A DNA stretch of 64,000 nt from NCBI GenBank assembly GCA_002811645.1, contig PDIP01000113.1:21266-85265 (forward strand). Reading direction: 5' to 3'. A program made the translations under genes and the position numbers. A model generated the notes under the pieces. That model saw only the letters and a list, made by a program, of their open reading frames with translations. It searched no databases and was not told the origin of the DNA. Below, piece after piece: positions 63,986-64,000 of this stretch. Origin of the DNA: Corallochytrium limacisporum Hawaii (taxonomy: Eukaryota > Protista > Pluriformea). Every line of letters begins with the position of its first letter. The first letter of the stretch is position 1.

Positions 63986-64000
63986 ATGGAGTGAAATGGC

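Overview
Eukaryotic nuclear DNA with 13 recognisable protein genes, each an uninterrupted ORF (up to 6.4 kb): ARID4/RBBP1-like, GRIP golgin, WD40-type ATG16, SYF1/XAB2, AIP, aspartate kinase, a beta-arrestin-like protein, NTPCR/THEP1, TMX2, a stand-alone response-regulator receiver, C9orf72, a divergent INTS9 and PP4R1. There is also a large secreted FG-GAP/VCBS protein of bacterial appearance. Animal-type genes alongside aspartate kinase and a receiver domain, with intronless coding sequences, suggest an intron-poor unicellular holozoan such as Corallochytrium; this is inference. The most striking feature is a minus-strand tRNA-Leu(CAA) gene (34188-34302) whose T-loop is interrupted at position 59/60 by a 32-nt insert. 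The insert folds into a perfect archaeal-type bulge-helix-bulge (BHB) splicing motif, a non-canonical tRNA intron in an apparent opisthokont. Other notable patterns are candidate spliceosomal introns that sit in UTRs (one begins 3 nt after the ATG16 stop), recurrent C-run/G-run palindromes in intergenic regions, and very short convergent spacers. Two N gaps are present. All family assignments come from recalled motifs; no searches were run.
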